Positions 49,610-59,952 of a stretch of DNA of 64,000 nucleotides are shown in pieces; position 1 is the first letter of the stretch; every line of letters starts with the position of its first letter. Both the position numbers and the translations under genes were made by a program. The notes beneath the pieces were generated by a model. It did not search any database and had not been told where the DNA came from. It saw nothing but the letters and a program-made list of their open reading frames with translations. The DNA comes from Candidatus Moraniibacteriota bacterium (GTDB lineage Bacteria > Patescibacteriota > Minisyncoccia > Moranbacterales > UBA1568): positions 3,080 through 67,079 of the forward strand of contig JAAXXG010000005.1 in assembly GCA_013334575.1 (NCBI GenBank), given 5' to 3'.

Positions 49610-51061
49610 CTAGAGGACTTCCTCGACGAACGCCGCCTCGCGTTCCGACCGCTTCGAGAAGAGACCGGCGACTTCACCGCTTGTAACAGCCCTCAGAAAC
49701 CAAAGCGCTGCCAGATACGCCAAAACACCCAATAGACCGGCGAGGACGAACGGAATTCCCCTTACGAAGAAGAGGACGCACGCCATCAGCATCGCCGATA
49801 GGGTTACCCGGCCGATTTTCGCGAACGAGGGACGGTATCCGAGCAATCTGAAGGTCAGGATTCCCGTTACGAGAGCCACGACGATCTCGGTAGCGAGGGA
49901 AGTCGTCGCGGCTCCGAGGTACGAATACCGCGGAATAAGTATCAGGTTCGCGACGATATTCCCCAACGCGACGAAAAACAGCGTCTTCATGAGGTCCTTC
50001 TGCCGATTCCCGACGACGAGGAGCATGTTGAAGAAGCTTCCGAAAAAGATGAAGGCAAGCGATACGATCAGAAGCTCGAGAACGGGAACGGAATCCTCGA
50101 ATCCGCTCCCGGAAACGATCCCGATGACCTGATCCGAAAAGAAGAGTCCTCCGAGAACGATCGGCGCGGCGATGATCGTGAAAACCCGGAAAGTCGTATC
50201 GGCTATGCCGCGAAAGGCCTCCTTATCGACGGAGAGCGCCCTCGAAAGAAGTGGGAGGATCAGACCGGCAAGAAGTGCCGGGAAAAATGTCAGGTTTTCC
50301 ATGACCTTATACGCCACCCCGTACGTTCCGACCGCGGAACTTCCCTTCAAGACCGAGAGGAGGATGGTGTCCATCTTGAAGTAGAAGAACGTGATGAGCG
50401 CGCTTCCGCCAAGCGGGAGAGAATCGCTCAGGAACCGTTTCCAGAAGGGGACGTCCACGACGAGACGGAAACGGACGTATTTCCGACTCAGTACGAGTGC
50501 TATCACGGCATTGAACGACAATGAGAGGATGAGGGTGGACGCGATACCGAGGAATCCCAAGTCGAATCGCACGACCGCATAGACACCAAGCACCTGCACC
50601 ACCTTCCCCATGAACTCGGTCATCGCGATCCGATCCATGGCGATATTCTTCTGAAAGACACCGTTAAGGAATATCGAGAACGACGAGAAGAGGATCGCGA
50701 CAGCGGCGATCCAAATGCCGATCTTCACCGGAAGCGGATAGGAGAAGAGGGGGAGGAGAAGAGGGACGATACACGTCAGCGCTGCGGACACCGTAAGTCG
50801 CAATGACGCGACCCGACCGAGTATACCGACCTCGTCGGCGCCCTCGCGGGATATCTCACGGGCCGTGATCGAACCGATACCGAAGTCCGCTATGGCTGCG
50901 AAAAATGCGAAAAATGCGAGTACCGTAGCATAGTCACCGAACCCGTCCTTTCCGAGATATCCGGTTATAAGCCGAATCGAAACCAGCGACAGGACAACCG
51001 TCGTCACGACCTTCATGGCCGAGTTGAAGACGATATTGTAGGCGATTTTTCTCGTCGACAT
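49610..51061 (-). CDS. polysaccharide flippase (Wzx / MOP superfamily)
   Basis: 483 aa with ~12-14 TM helices and the characteristic Wzx N-terminus. Confidence 0.75.
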   Translation of the reverse strand: MSTRKIAYNIVFNSAMKVVTTVVLSLVSIRLITGYLGKDGFGDYATVLAFFAFFAAIADFGIGSITAREISREGADEVGILGRVASLRLTVSAALTCIVPLLLPLFSYPLPVKIGIWIAAVAILFSSFSIFLNGVFQKNIAMDRIAMTEFMGKVVQVLGVYAVVRFDLGFLGIASTLILSLSFNAVIALVLSRKYVRFRLVVDVPFWKRFLSDSLPLGGSALITFFYFKMDTILLSVLKGSSAVGTYGVAYKVMENLTFFPALLAGLILPLLSRALSVDKEAFRGIADTTFRVFTIIAAPIVLGGLFFSDQVIGIVSGSGFEDSVPVLELLIVSLAFIFFGSFFNMLLVVGNRQKDLMKTLFFVALGNIVANLILIPRYSYLGAATTSLATEIVVALVTGILTFRLLGYRPSFAKIGRVTLSAMLMACVLFFVRGIPFVLAGLLGVLAYLAALWFLRAVTSGEVAGLFSKRSEREAAFVEEVL

Positions 51062-51166
51062 AGAGGTACCGTATAGGCATCATTGTACGGTCGGGTCCGA
51101 CAAATGGCAAATGAAAAGGCCTGTCGGCGCGACACGGTCCGACAGGCCAGTCCTTGTTATTGCATC

Positions 51167-51652
51167 TCAGGAGAAAACCGCTTTCGGTTTCACGACTACC
51201 CTCCGATCCTCACCCTTCCCGACGCTACCCGTCTCAACCCGCTCGCTTGCCGAAAGTACCGCGTGAACCACTTTCCGTTCGTAAGAGGACATGGGGCGCA
51301 TCTGTATCGGACGTCCAGTCGCGACCGCCTCGTGAGCCGCGTCCTCGGCATCATGACGGAGATGCCGCTTCTTTTCCTTCCAATACCGGTTCACGTCAAT
51401 TCCGAAATCCGCATGTTCCCGGTATTTCCGTCGGACAATCGTCTGGATAAGATGCTGGAAGGAAAACAACCCCACTCCTCGCTGTCCTATGAGTACCTTC
51501 GAGTCGCTCCTATCAACCGTTACCGAGAACATGACCGGCTCACGGTCACCGGAACCGGCATACACGTCTATTTTTGCGTCCCGAATCCCCATCGTCTCCA
51601 ATATTTCCCTTATGGTCGATGAGACAGCTTCTTGAAACTCCCGTTCATTCAT
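51167..51652 (-). CDS. jag: Jag/KhpB R3H-KH RNA-binding protein
   Basis: ...VLIGQRGVGLFSFQHL (KH) and ERKVVHAVL (R3H). Located downstream of yidC. Confidence 0.8.
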   Translation of the reverse strand: MNEREFQEAVSSTIREILETMGIRDAKIDVYAGSGDREPVMFSVTVDRSDSKVLIGQRGVGLFSFQHLIQTIVRRKYREHADFGIDVNRYWKEKKRHLRHDAEDAAHEAVATGRPIQMRPMSSYERKVVHAVLSASERVETGSVGKGEDRRVVVKPKAVFS

Positions 51653-51664
51653 ACTCGTTGACGG

Positions 51665-52408
51665 TTATTCACTCGCCTTATCCCCCGCTCCGGAACGGAG
51701 CACGTACCACTGCTGTACGATAGCAAACGCGGTGGAGACGACCCAATACAACGAAAGTGCCGATGGAAACCGGATTCCGATGAACAGAGTCAGAACCGGC
51801 CCCATATAGAGCATCTGCTTGTTCATAATCGTCGCGAAATCCGGCTCCCCGCCATTCTTCGAGGGCTTCTCTTTCCCGTTCTGACCCAGGGAAAGCATCT
51901 TCATCTGATAGAACTGACCTATCGCCGCGAGTACCGCAAACGCGATACTCGGCTTTGCAAGGTCTGCCAATCCGAAGAATGCACCGGAAAGAAGCCCGGG
52001 ATCAGCCACGAAACGGTAGAGAATACCGCCATCGACACGGAATCCGGTCTCCGATATATGCATGATGACGCTGTATATCGTGATCAGGAACACGATCTGG
52101 ATTACGATCGGAAGGCATCCCATCACCGGATTCACTTTGTGTTTCCGATAGAGTTCCATGATTTCACGCGACTGCCGTTCCTTGTCATCCTTGTAACGTT
52201 CCTGGACCTCCTTCATCTTCGGCTGCAGTTCCTGCATCTTCCGCTGCGCCTCGATCTGCTGCTTCGAAAGCGAAAGAAAGACGAGCTTGATAACGAGCGT
52301 CGAAGCGATGATCGCCAGACCGAAATTCGCGACCGGAAACAGTCCGGCAAAAAAGACCAGCAGATTATAGACCGGCTGATACACGAGAGCGGTGAATATC
52401 TCATTCAT
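51665..52408 (-). CDS. yidC: membrane protein insertase YidC (short form)
   Basis: 247 aa with YidC/Oxa1 core helices. Part of the rnpA-yidC-jag operon. Confidence 0.85.
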   Translation of the reverse strand: MNEIFTALVYQPVYNLLVFFAGLFPVANFGLAIIASTLVIKLVFLSLSKQQIEAQRKMQELQPKMKEVQERYKDDKERQSREIMELYRKHKVNPVMGCLPIVIQIVFLITIYSVIMHISETGFRVDGGILYRFVADPGLLSGAFFGLADLAKPSIAFAVLAAIGQFYQMKMLSLGQNGKEKPSKNGGEPDFATIMNKQMLYMGPVLTLFIGIRFPSALSLYWVVSTAFAIVQQWYVLRSGAGDKASE

Positions 52409-52766
52409 ACTGTTTTCGTCCGGAAAAACCGGAATTTATGGCTTTTACAAGCCCTTCAATATCATTCATCGTCGAAACCAGACCCACTCCACCCTCCGGC
52501 TTCCGCTTAAAGGATAGCACTACATACGCATTCGAAGGAAACCCACCAAGAAACGGCTTGATCGATTCGGAGAGGATTCTCCTGGCACGGTTCCGATCGG
52601 TCGCCAGGCGAAAGGTCTTTTTTGCCGAAACACAGGCGATTTTAGTCGTATCATCCACATTGAAAAGGATCCGAGCACTGACGTTTCCGAAGAAAAAGGG
52701 CTTTCCGTAACGAAAAGCCTTCTGCACCGAGAGAGGATTTTTGAGCCGATAAACACGCGGCACCAT
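52401..52766 (-). CDS. rnpA: RNase P protein component
   Basis: 121 aa basic protein (…KKTFRLATDRNRARRILSES…) between rpmH and yidC. Confidence 0.85.
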   Translation of the reverse strand: MVPRVYRLKNPLSVQKAFRYGKPFFFGNVSARILFNVDDTTKIACVSAKKTFRLATDRNRARRILSESIKPFLGGFPSNAYVVLSFKRKPEGGVGLVSTMNDIEGLVKAINSGFSGRKQYE

Positions 52767-52774
52767 ACCGATCC

Positions 52775-52909
52775 CTACACGGACAACTTCTTTCTCCCTT
52801 TCTGCCGGCGGCTCCGGATGACATTCCGACCACCAACCGTACTCATCCGCTCCAAAAACCCGTGACGACGGGTCCTTCTCCTGGTTTTCGGCTGATATGT
52901 ACGCTTCAT
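52775..52909 (-). CDS. rpmH: 50S ribosomal protein L34
   Basis: Hand translation gives [44 protein letters not shown] (44 aa), which is canonical L34. It is below the 60-aa ORF-track cutoff. Confidence 0.9.
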   Translation of the reverse strand: MKRTYQPKTRRRTRRHGFLERMSTVGGRNVIRSRRQKGRKKLSV

Positions 52910-53147
52910 AACAGTATATGGATAGAAAACTTTCCCTCTTCGGAGGGTCGAATAACAGGATACTTCATATTTCGTATCTCGTCAATGCCATACCGTTCCC
53001 ACCCGAAACCACTGAAAATATTCGCTCTCTTTCATATGAAATAGCTACTTTCATCTCTTTCAAGACTTCATATCAACTTATACACCTATTATTCACCGGT
53101 CATCGTGACCAGGATATATCCGCGTGTTATAATCTGCATCACGGCAT

Positions 53148-54578
53148 ATGAACCACCAGGAACTCTGGAAATCCGTCCTCGGGCAGATCGAGCTTTCCAT
53201 TTCGAAGGCTAATTTCGTCACCTGGTTCCAGAACACATCGATCCTCTCTATCGAAGACGGATCCGTCGTTATCAGCGTCCCGAACGGATTCGCCAAGGAA
53301 TGGCTTGAAAATAAATATAATCACACCATCATACAGTCGCTCCGCTCGTTTGAAGGAGACGCGGTACGCTCTATACGCTGCGTCATATCCGGCCCACAGA
53401 CCATAAAGAAATCGATCGACGCCATAACACAGCCCGTACAACAGATCGACATCGCTTCGAAATCCTCCCCGCTTCCACCTCGCATACAACCGTTCAATCC
53501 CACCGCTCCCGTCCCTACACCAAAACTGGCGACGGCGATGTTCCATGAATCGAATCTCAATCCGCGATACACTTTCGACGACTACGTCGTCGCCGAAAAC
53601 AACGAACTCGCCCATGCGGCCTGTGTCGCCGTTTCCAGGAATCTCGGTCAACTTTACAATCCGCTCTTCATCTACGGCGGCGTAGGACTCGGGAAAACCC
53701 ACCTCCTCCAGGCACTCGGAAACGAAGTGAAGCGGCAGCACCCTGAAAAGACGATCAAATACATCACTTCCGAGCGTTTCACGAGCGAACTCGTCGATTC
53801 CATCAAGAACCAGAAGACCGACAAGTTCAAGGAATACTACCAGCAGATGGACCTCCTCATCATCGACGACGTCCAGTTTCTTTCCGGCCGGGAAAAGACT
53901 CAGAACGAATTTTTTCACATCTTCAACGCCCTCTACCAGATCAACAAACAGATCGTGATATCAAGCGATCGCCCCCCGAAATCGATTCCTACCCTCGAAG
54001 ACCGTCTCCGATCCCGATTCGAAGGAGGAATGATCACCGATATTAGCCAGCCGAACGAAGAAACCAGACTCGCTATCCTTAAGAAGAAAGTGATCGAAAA
54101 AGGCGTTTCCATAGACGAGGAATCCCTCAGGTTCATCGCGGAAAACATCACCCAGAACATCCGGGAAATCGAAGGGGCGCTTAATCGCGTCATCGCCTAC
54201 TCGGAATTCTACAAGACACCTCCGTCGATATCACTCGTTGAAAAGGTGCTCTCCCAGCTCATTATTCAGAATAAGAAGACCATTAGCACCGAGGATATCG
54301 TTTCAGCTACCGAGAAGCTCTTTTCGGTCACCAAGGACGATCTCCTGAAAAAAGGACGGAAGAAAGGCATCGCACATGCGAGGCAGGTTGCGATGTACCT
54401 CATGCGAAGCGAACTCAGCATGCCGTTCTCCTCGATTGGCGACTATTTCGGTGGACGAGATCATACGACCGCTCTCCATGCATTCGAAAAGATATCCGCC
54501 GACATCGAAAAGAATCTCCGTCTCAAGGGTGATATTTCGACTCTAAAAAATGAGCTGTACCATCAAAATGGTGGATAA
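53148..54578 (+). CDS. dnaA: chromosomal replication initiator DnaA
   Basis: N-terminus MNHQELWKSVLGQIELSIS..., Walker A GGVGLGKTHLL, and C-terminal DNA-binding domain. Confidence 0.95.
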   Translation: MNHQELWKSVLGQIELSISKANFVTWFQNTSILSIEDGSVVISVPNGFAKEWLENKYNHTIIQSLRSFEGDAVRSIRCVISGPQTIKKSIDAITQPVQQIDIASKSSPLPPRIQPFNPTAPVPTPKLATAMFHESNLNPRYTFDDYVVAENNELAHAACVAVSRNLGQLYNPLFIYGGVGLGKTHLLQALGNEVKRQHPEKTIKYITSERFTSELVDSIKNQKTDKFKEYYQQMDLLIIDDVQFLSGREKTQNEFFHIFNALYQINKQIVISSDRPPKSIPTLEDRLRSRFEGGMITDISQPNEETRLAILKKKVIEKGVSIDEESLRFIAENITQNIREIEGALNRVIAYSEFYKTPPSISLVEKVLSQLIIQNKKTISTEDIVSATEKLFSVTKDDLLKKGRKKGIAHARQVAMYLMRSELSMPFSSIGDYFGGRDHTTALHAFEKISADIEKNLRLKGDISTLKNELYHQNGG

Positions 54579-54843
54579 GTTGTGGATTAACCAGGATTCG
54601 ACCTGGAGAGAGCGTGAATAAATAACCGACTTATCTACACAAATAAAATGGATCCTCTCCATATACACCATTCGGTGTATATCGAAAATAGAAACGTGCT
54701 CACGAACCGTACAGAAAAAACACTTCTACGGAGCCAAAAATCGAAAATCTCCACTTATCCACTCCGCTAATAATCATAATAAAATATATATATATAATAT
54801 ATATAATAATACCTATAACCCGTGGAGGGATCAGTATACGTCT
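54570..54843. promoter_or_regulatory. oriC candidate: DnaA boxes and AT-rich DUE in the dnaA-dnaN intergenic region
   Basis: DnaA-box-like 9-mers GGTGGATAA (54569-77), TGTGGATTA (54581-89), TTATCTACA (54630-38) and TTATCCACT (54755-63). AT-rich run with (TA)n at 54775-54815. Confidence 0.7.
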
Positions 54844-55995
54844 ATGAAAATCATCTGTACTCAAGAAAATCTCTCGAAAGCACTGTCTTACCTTGAACGG
54901 GCTACAGGAAAGCAATCGACTTTGCCTATTCTTTCCAACTTCCTTCTCAGAGTCGATCACGGTCGCCTGAAGCTATCTTCGACGAATCTTGAAATCGGGG
55001 TGACTGCGACGGTAAACGCGAAGATCGAGGGGGTGGGTGAGATCGCGGCGCCGGTGAAGATCATATCCAATTTCGTCGGGAATCTTCCTGGGGATGATGT
55101 CGTATCGATCGATGTGCAAGGGAATTCCGTTTCGGTCGCGTCGGGCGGCTATGATATGCGTGTCCGAGGGCTCGATTCGAAAGATTTCCCTATCATTCCG
55201 GAAAGGAAAGGTGAACATTCCTTTCTGCTGCCCGCTCAGGATCTGAAAACGGCCCTGCAGCGCATTCTCCCGTGTGCCTCATCGAATGAAAGTCGCCTGG
55301 AGTTGACCGGTATCAGTATGCAGTTTCTGAAGGGGGAGGTCCACCTTGCTGCGACGGACAGCTTCAGGCTTGCCGAACAGGTTCTCCGTCTTCCAGATGA
55401 TGTCGGATCGGAGGGGTATGAGGTGTTCCGGGATCAGAATCCGTCTCTTATTCTCCCTCATATCACCATGCAGGAGCTTTCCAGGATCATCTCTCCTGAG
55501 ACTGTTTCCGTGTTCGTGGCATTCGAGGAGAATCAGGTGTTTTTCGATATCGACGGGGTATCGATTGTTTCACGGGTTATTAATGGAAAATATCCCGATT
55601 ATAAGCAGATTCTTCCGAAAGAGTTCTCGTATGTCGCCAGACTTTCCCGGGATGAGTTTCTTCGGGCTGTCAGGATGGCGGGAGTATTTGCGTCTCAGAT
55701 GACCGGAGAGATGATGATCGTGGTCTCTCCGGAGAAGGGTGAAGTGCAGGTTTCCGCCAGGTCGTCCGAGATTGGTGAGAATCGTACGGTTATAAAGGCC
55801 GAGGTGTCCGGAGGGGATCCGGTTCAGATCGTCTTTAATCCCCGTTATGTGATTGATGGCTTGAACGCGGTCTCTTCCGAAGTGGTTGCGTTCCTCCTGA
55901 ATTCCTCGTCGACTCCGGCTGGGTTCAGGTCGGTTGGCTCTGACGGGATTGAAGATCCTTTCTTCCTTTATATCGCGATGCCTATCAGGAAATAG
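54844..55995 (+). CDS. dnaN: DNA polymerase III beta sliding clamp
   Basis: MKIICTQENLSKALSYLERATGK... and three-domain clamp length. Confidence 0.93.
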   Translation: MKIICTQENLSKALSYLERATGKQSTLPILSNFLLRVDHGRLKLSSTNLEIGVTATVNAKIEGVGEIAAPVKIISNFVGNLPGDDVVSIDVQGNSVSVASGGYDMRVRGLDSKDFPIIPERKGEHSFLLPAQDLKTALQRILPCASSNESRLELTGISMQFLKGEVHLAATDSFRLAEQVLRLPDDVGSEGYEVFRDQNPSLILPHITMQELSRIISPETVSVFVAFEENQVFFDIDGVSIVSRVINGKYPDYKQILPKEFSYVARLSRDEFLRAVRMAGVFASQMTGEMMIVVSPEKGEVQVSARSSEIGENRTVIKAEVSGGDPVQIVFNPRYVIDGLNAVSSEVVAFLLNSSSTPAGFRSVGSDGIEDPFFLYIAMPIRK

Positions 55996-56018
55996 GTATC
56001 GATTGAAAGAGGACTCCT

Positions 56019-56324
56019 ATGAAGAGACTTGGGGACATGATGAGCGGTCCGGTGTCCGTTGCGGGCGGTAGGGCGCCTCGGAGAGCTGTTGTCGCGGACG
56101 AAAAGACGGTTTTTTTCCTGGCTGAGCGGGTGATAGGCGGTATGTATGGCGATCGTGGTCGGGAGAATCTGAAGCCGCGGTTTTTTCGTAACGGAAAGTT
56201 GTTTATCGCCTGTTCCGGTCCGTTATGGGCGAATGAGTTGTGGATCGGACGGGAGGCGTTTCGGGAACGTATAAACCGCGAGCTGGGAAGCGACGGAGTA
56301 AGGGGGGTCGGCGTATCCGACTAA
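56019..56324 (+). CDS. DUF721 (DciA-like) protein
   Basis: VFFLAERVIGGMYGD...GKLFIACSGPLWANELWIGREAFRERINRELG matches the DUF721 pattern. Conserved position downstream of dnaN. Confidence 0.6.
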   Translation: MKRLGDMMSGPVSVAGGRAPRRAVVADEKTVFFLAERVIGGMYGDRGRENLKPRFFRNGKLFIACSGPLWANELWIGREAFRERINRELGSDGVRGVGVSD

Positions 56325-56387
56325 GGGGGATGATAAAAAGACGGCTTGAGCCGCCTTTTTATCATTGAGCCGCCTTGCCTTTTCGGG

Positions 56388-58952
56388 TCACCAGCTTACC
56401 GAGACGCTTGACTCACGTCCGTCCTCATTCCCGTTATCATCCTTCACGATCGCTTCTATGTGGATCGTAGAATGATTCTTCCCATCCGGGACCTGATAGG
56501 TCGTCTCCAGCGAATCATTGCTTGTCGAGGCGATCTCGTTCCCGTCGGCAAGGATCCGGAGTGAACTGATGCCGTACGGTGCCTCCGTCTTTGCCTTAAC
56601 GGTAAACGATTGTCCTGCGGAATCCGGAGTGGAAAGGCTTACTTTCGCCTTATAGTCGGAGAAATCACTCTCCTTACACTCGTCTTCCGGCGCTCCTCCG
56701 GTAACTCCACCCTTCACTTTGTTCTTCTTGTACCATTCCTTGACACCGTCTTCCCATCGTTTGAACTGAGGATCGTTTTCCGGATGCTCAGGCTTCGTTC
56801 CAAGCGGGTCGTTTCGGTCGATGTAGTAGAGGATAGTGTGCGTGTTGACGAAATCCTTCTTGTCAGCCTTGCTGTCGGGGCAGTACTTGTTCGCAAGACA
56901 GTATTTGTCCTTTCCGGGAATCTTACAGACCTTCACGTTCTCTTCCTGATCAAGTTTTCCGTCAAGAAGGGGCTTCTTCATCCATTCCGCATCCTTGTTT
57001 TCCTCGAAATAGGAATCCTTGGAATATTCGGGAAACTTTTCTATTGCCTGATTCTTGAGCGCGAAATCGATGAATTTCCGGAAGATCGGCGCCGCGACAT
57101 TGACACCGTCCGCGCCGGTTCTCATGGGAGAATTGTCGTTGTTTCCGGCCCAGACGCCGACGGCTATCTGCGGAGTGAATCCGACCGTCCAGCCGTCACG
57201 GAACTCGTTCGTCGTCCCGGTCTTCGCCGCGACGGGTCTATCGTCGAACCGGAGGGGACTGTTTGTCCCGAAAACCGGAGCCCGATAGTCGTTCGTGGAC
57301 ATGACATGGTCGAGCATGGCGACGTATTTCTCGTCGACAACCCGTTCTCCCGTGGTATCCTGATACTGTTCCAGGACGTTTCCTTTCGTATCTTCGATCC
57401 GGAGAATCGCCGTCTTATCGCGTCGTACGCCGCCTTGGGCAAGCGTCGAGTAGGCGTTCACGTGGTCAAGTAGGGTAATTTCTCCGCCTCCGAGGACAAG
57501 GGAGAGTCCGTATCGGTCCGGATCGTTGAGACTGGTGATCCCGAGGCTCTTCGCGAACGCGACCGCATCCTTCGCGCCGACAAGATACAGGGTCTTAACC
57601 GCTGGTATGTTGAGGGACTGGGCGAGCGTTTCCTTCATGGGGAGCGGTCCTCGGAATTTTCCGTCGTAGTTTTGCGGGGTATAGTCCTTCCCGTCATCGG
57701 TCGAAAAGTTCGTCTCGGTGTCGTAGAGGATCGTTTCGGGGCTGTAGCCCTTGGTGAAGGCGTCGAGATAGACGTACGGTTTGAAGGACGATCCCGGCTG
57801 ACGTTCCCTGATCGCCACGTTTACTTGGCCGTCAATCGACTTATCGAAATAGTCGCGCGAGCCGACCATGGTAAGAATCTGCCCCGTCTTCGGGTCCATG
57901 GCGACGAGCGCCGCGTTCTCGGCGTTCCAGCGCTTCTCGTTATCGAGTGCCTGGTCGCGTACGAGTCGTTCGGCTTCCTGTTGTTTGTCCCAGTCGAGCG
58001 TGGTATAGACCTTGAGACCCATGGATTCCACTCCTTCGCCGTATTTCTGCGAGAGATAGTCCTTTACGTACATCACGAAGTGCGGTGCCGCGATGATATC
58101 CTTCTGTGTCTGTATCCGGTCGAGAGTCTTTTCCGCGACGGCCGAGTCGGCCTCTTCCTGGGAGATATAGCCGAGCTTCGCCATTTGCTGGAGCACCCTG
58201 TCCTTCCGGGCAATCAGTTGTTCGGTATGCGATCCATACGGCGAATAATAAGTCGGCGCGTTCGGGAGCGACGCGAGTACGGCCGCTTCGTCGAGCGAGA
58301 GATCCTTGGCGGACTTTCCGAAGAATGTCTGCGCCGCAGCCTCGATGCCGTAGGCGTTCGATCCGTACGGGATCTCGTTGAGGTACATCGCGAGGATCTC
58401 GTCCTTGTCGAATTTCTGCTCGATCTCGATCGAGAGGATGACCTCCTTCACTTTTCGGATGACCGTCTTTTCGTTCGAGAGAAGGGAATTCTTCACGAAC
58501 TGCTGCGTGATGGTCGATCCGCCTTGTGCCGCGCCACCTTTCACGACATCCTTGAAGACGGCCCGGAGGATAGAGGAGAGCTTGATGCCGTGGTGCGAGT
58601 AGAAATCCTGGTCCTCGAGGACGATTGTCGCGATCTGGACGCTTTTCGGGATATCGGCAAACGCGACGATAGTCCTTTTTTCCTCGCCGTGAACGTCATA
58701 GAGCAGGTGTTCGCCGGATCGGTCGTAAATCTTCGTGGATTCCGGTATGACGCGAGAGTTGACCTTCCCGGGGCTCGGCAAATCCTTCGCGACCCATGCG
58801 AAGAGCGCGATCGCGATGATGAACACCGTTCCGGCGCCCCAAAGGGCTATACGCCCGAGGATTTTCGGCCATTCGCGCCTGTCAGCTTCGGACAATCTGC
58901 GCCACCTGCCGTCCGATGGCCGGAATCGGTCAAAAAGTCTTTTCATAAGCAA
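56388..58952 (-). CDS. class A penicillin-binding protein (PBP1A-type transglycosylase/transpeptidase) with C-terminal extension
   Basis: N-terminal TM, GT51 motifs (EDQDFYSHHG, GGSTITQQ), and TP motifs (SSFKP, SLN, KTGT). Confidence 0.9.
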   Translation of the reverse strand: MLMKRLFDRFRPSDGRWRRLSEADRREWPKILGRIALWGAGTVFIIAIALFAWVAKDLPSPGKVNSRVIPESTKIYDRSGEHLLYDVHGEEKRTIVAFADIPKSVQIATIVLEDQDFYSHHGIKLSSILRAVFKDVVKGGAAQGGSTITQQFVKNSLLSNEKTVIRKVKEVILSIEIEQKFDKDEILAMYLNEIPYGSNAYGIEAAAQTFFGKSAKDLSLDEAAVLASLPNAPTYYSPYGSHTEQLIARKDRVLQQMAKLGYISQEEADSAVAEKTLDRIQTQKDIIAAPHFVMYVKDYLSQKYGEGVESMGLKVYTTLDWDKQQEAERLVRDQALDNEKRWNAENAALVAMDPKTGQILTMVGSRDYFDKSIDGQVNVAIRERQPGSSFKPYVYLDAFTKGYSPETILYDTETNFSTDDGKDYTPQNYDGKFRGPLPMKETLAQSLNIPAVKTLYLVGAKDAVAFAKSLGITSLNDPDRYGLSLVLGGGEITLLDHVNAYSTLAQGGVRRDKTAILRIEDTKGNVLEQYQDTTGERVVDEKYVAMLDHVMSTNDYRAPVFGTNSPLRFDDRPVAAKTGTTNEFRDGWTVGFTPQIAVGVWAGNNDNSPMRTGADGVNVAAPIFRKFIDFALKNQAIEKFPEYSKDSYFEENKDAEWMKKPLLDGKLDQEENVKVCKIPGKDKYCLANKYCPDSKADKKDFVNTHTILYYIDRNDPLGTKPEHPENDPQFKRWEDGVKEWYKKNKVKGGVTGGAPEDECKESDFSDYKAKVSLSTPDSAGQSFTVKAKTEAPYGISSLRILADGNEIASTSNDSLETTYQVPDGKNHSTIHIEAIVKDDNGNEDGRESSVSVSW

Positions 58953-59007
58953 AAATCAGCTTTTGTAGGCTGATTTTACCATGAAACAAGTAAAAAATCC
59001 ATCTATG

Positions 59008-59952
59008 TCAAATACCTGTCGAAGCCTTTCTTCCAAGGGATTTCAGTGTCCGACGTATGAATTCCTCGTAATCCATATCTTCTGATGGGAATCCTATCTG
59101 ATCGTTCAACTCGAAGACGAACGGTGTTTTTCCGCCCGCAACTCCGAAATCTATCGAATAGAGAGGGAGGTCGAACTCAGTATCTATACTTTCCTGTATT
59201 TCTGAAACCCGATCAAGAATGAAGGCCGGGATTTCTTTTAGCGGGACTTCCCGAATCGATCCTCCCTGGGCGACATTCGCAAGAAAGGAGCCTTCTTTCG
59301 GGGTCCGAACATGACAAAGGACGATTTGTCCCTCAACGATGATAATCCTAAGGTCATGTCGGCCATCGATGACACCAGGAATCCCTTTGGAGGTGTCGAC
59401 GAATTCCTGTAAGGAATACTCTTTTTCCGGTTCGAGTGTCGAAAGGGCTATTTCCGAAGCCGGTCCGATGAGGATCCCGTTTCCCTGCATGCCTTTCGAG
59501 GGTTTCAGGACAACGATATCCCCAGCATCGAATTCGTCGAGTGCGGATCGAAGCTCCTCTTTGCTCCGGATAGTGATGTTTTTCGGCATGAAATCGGAAA
59601 GATGTCCGTACATGGCGTTTTTGTCGTTGCAAAGACGCTTGAAAACGATGCTATTCAAGGTTTTTTTACCGATTTTCTCGGGAGGGAAGGAAAGTCCGCC
59701 GCTTCGGTCGAATATTGCATCGGCGTCAATCGACCCATAATCCAAGAAGGTGCCGGAGTCATACCGATACGCGTTCCTGAATGTCAGCGGGGATTCGTAA
59801 TTTTCCTTTCCGCTCGCAACGAACATATCGAAACCGAGTTCCGTTCCGAGTTCGAAAAGGCGATGATAAACCATCTTCTTTTTCCCGAACGTCGCGAACG
59901 GATCTCCGCCTATCGTCCGCCGGTGAAAATACATCACTATCTTTTTTCGCAT
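59008..59952 (-). CDS. ATP-grasp domain protein
   Basis: Central VVLKPSKGMQGNGI...EGQIVLCHVR...NVAQGG...FELNDQIGF is ATP-grasp architecture. Confidence 0.6.
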   Translation of the reverse strand: MRKKIVMYFHRRTIGGDPFATFGKKKMVYHRLFELGTELGFDMFVASGKENYESPLTFRNAYRYDSGTFLDYGSIDADAIFDRSGGLSFPPEKIGKKTLNSIVFKRLCNDKNAMYGHLSDFMPKNITIRSKEELRSALDEFDAGDIVVLKPSKGMQGNGILIGPASEIALSTLEPEKEYSLQEFVDTSKGIPGVIDGRHDLRIIIVEGQIVLCHVRTPKEGSFLANVAQGGSIREVPLKEIPAFILDRVSEIQESIDTEFDLPLYSIDFGVAGGKTPFVFELNDQIGFPSEDMDYEEFIRRTLKSLGRKASTGI

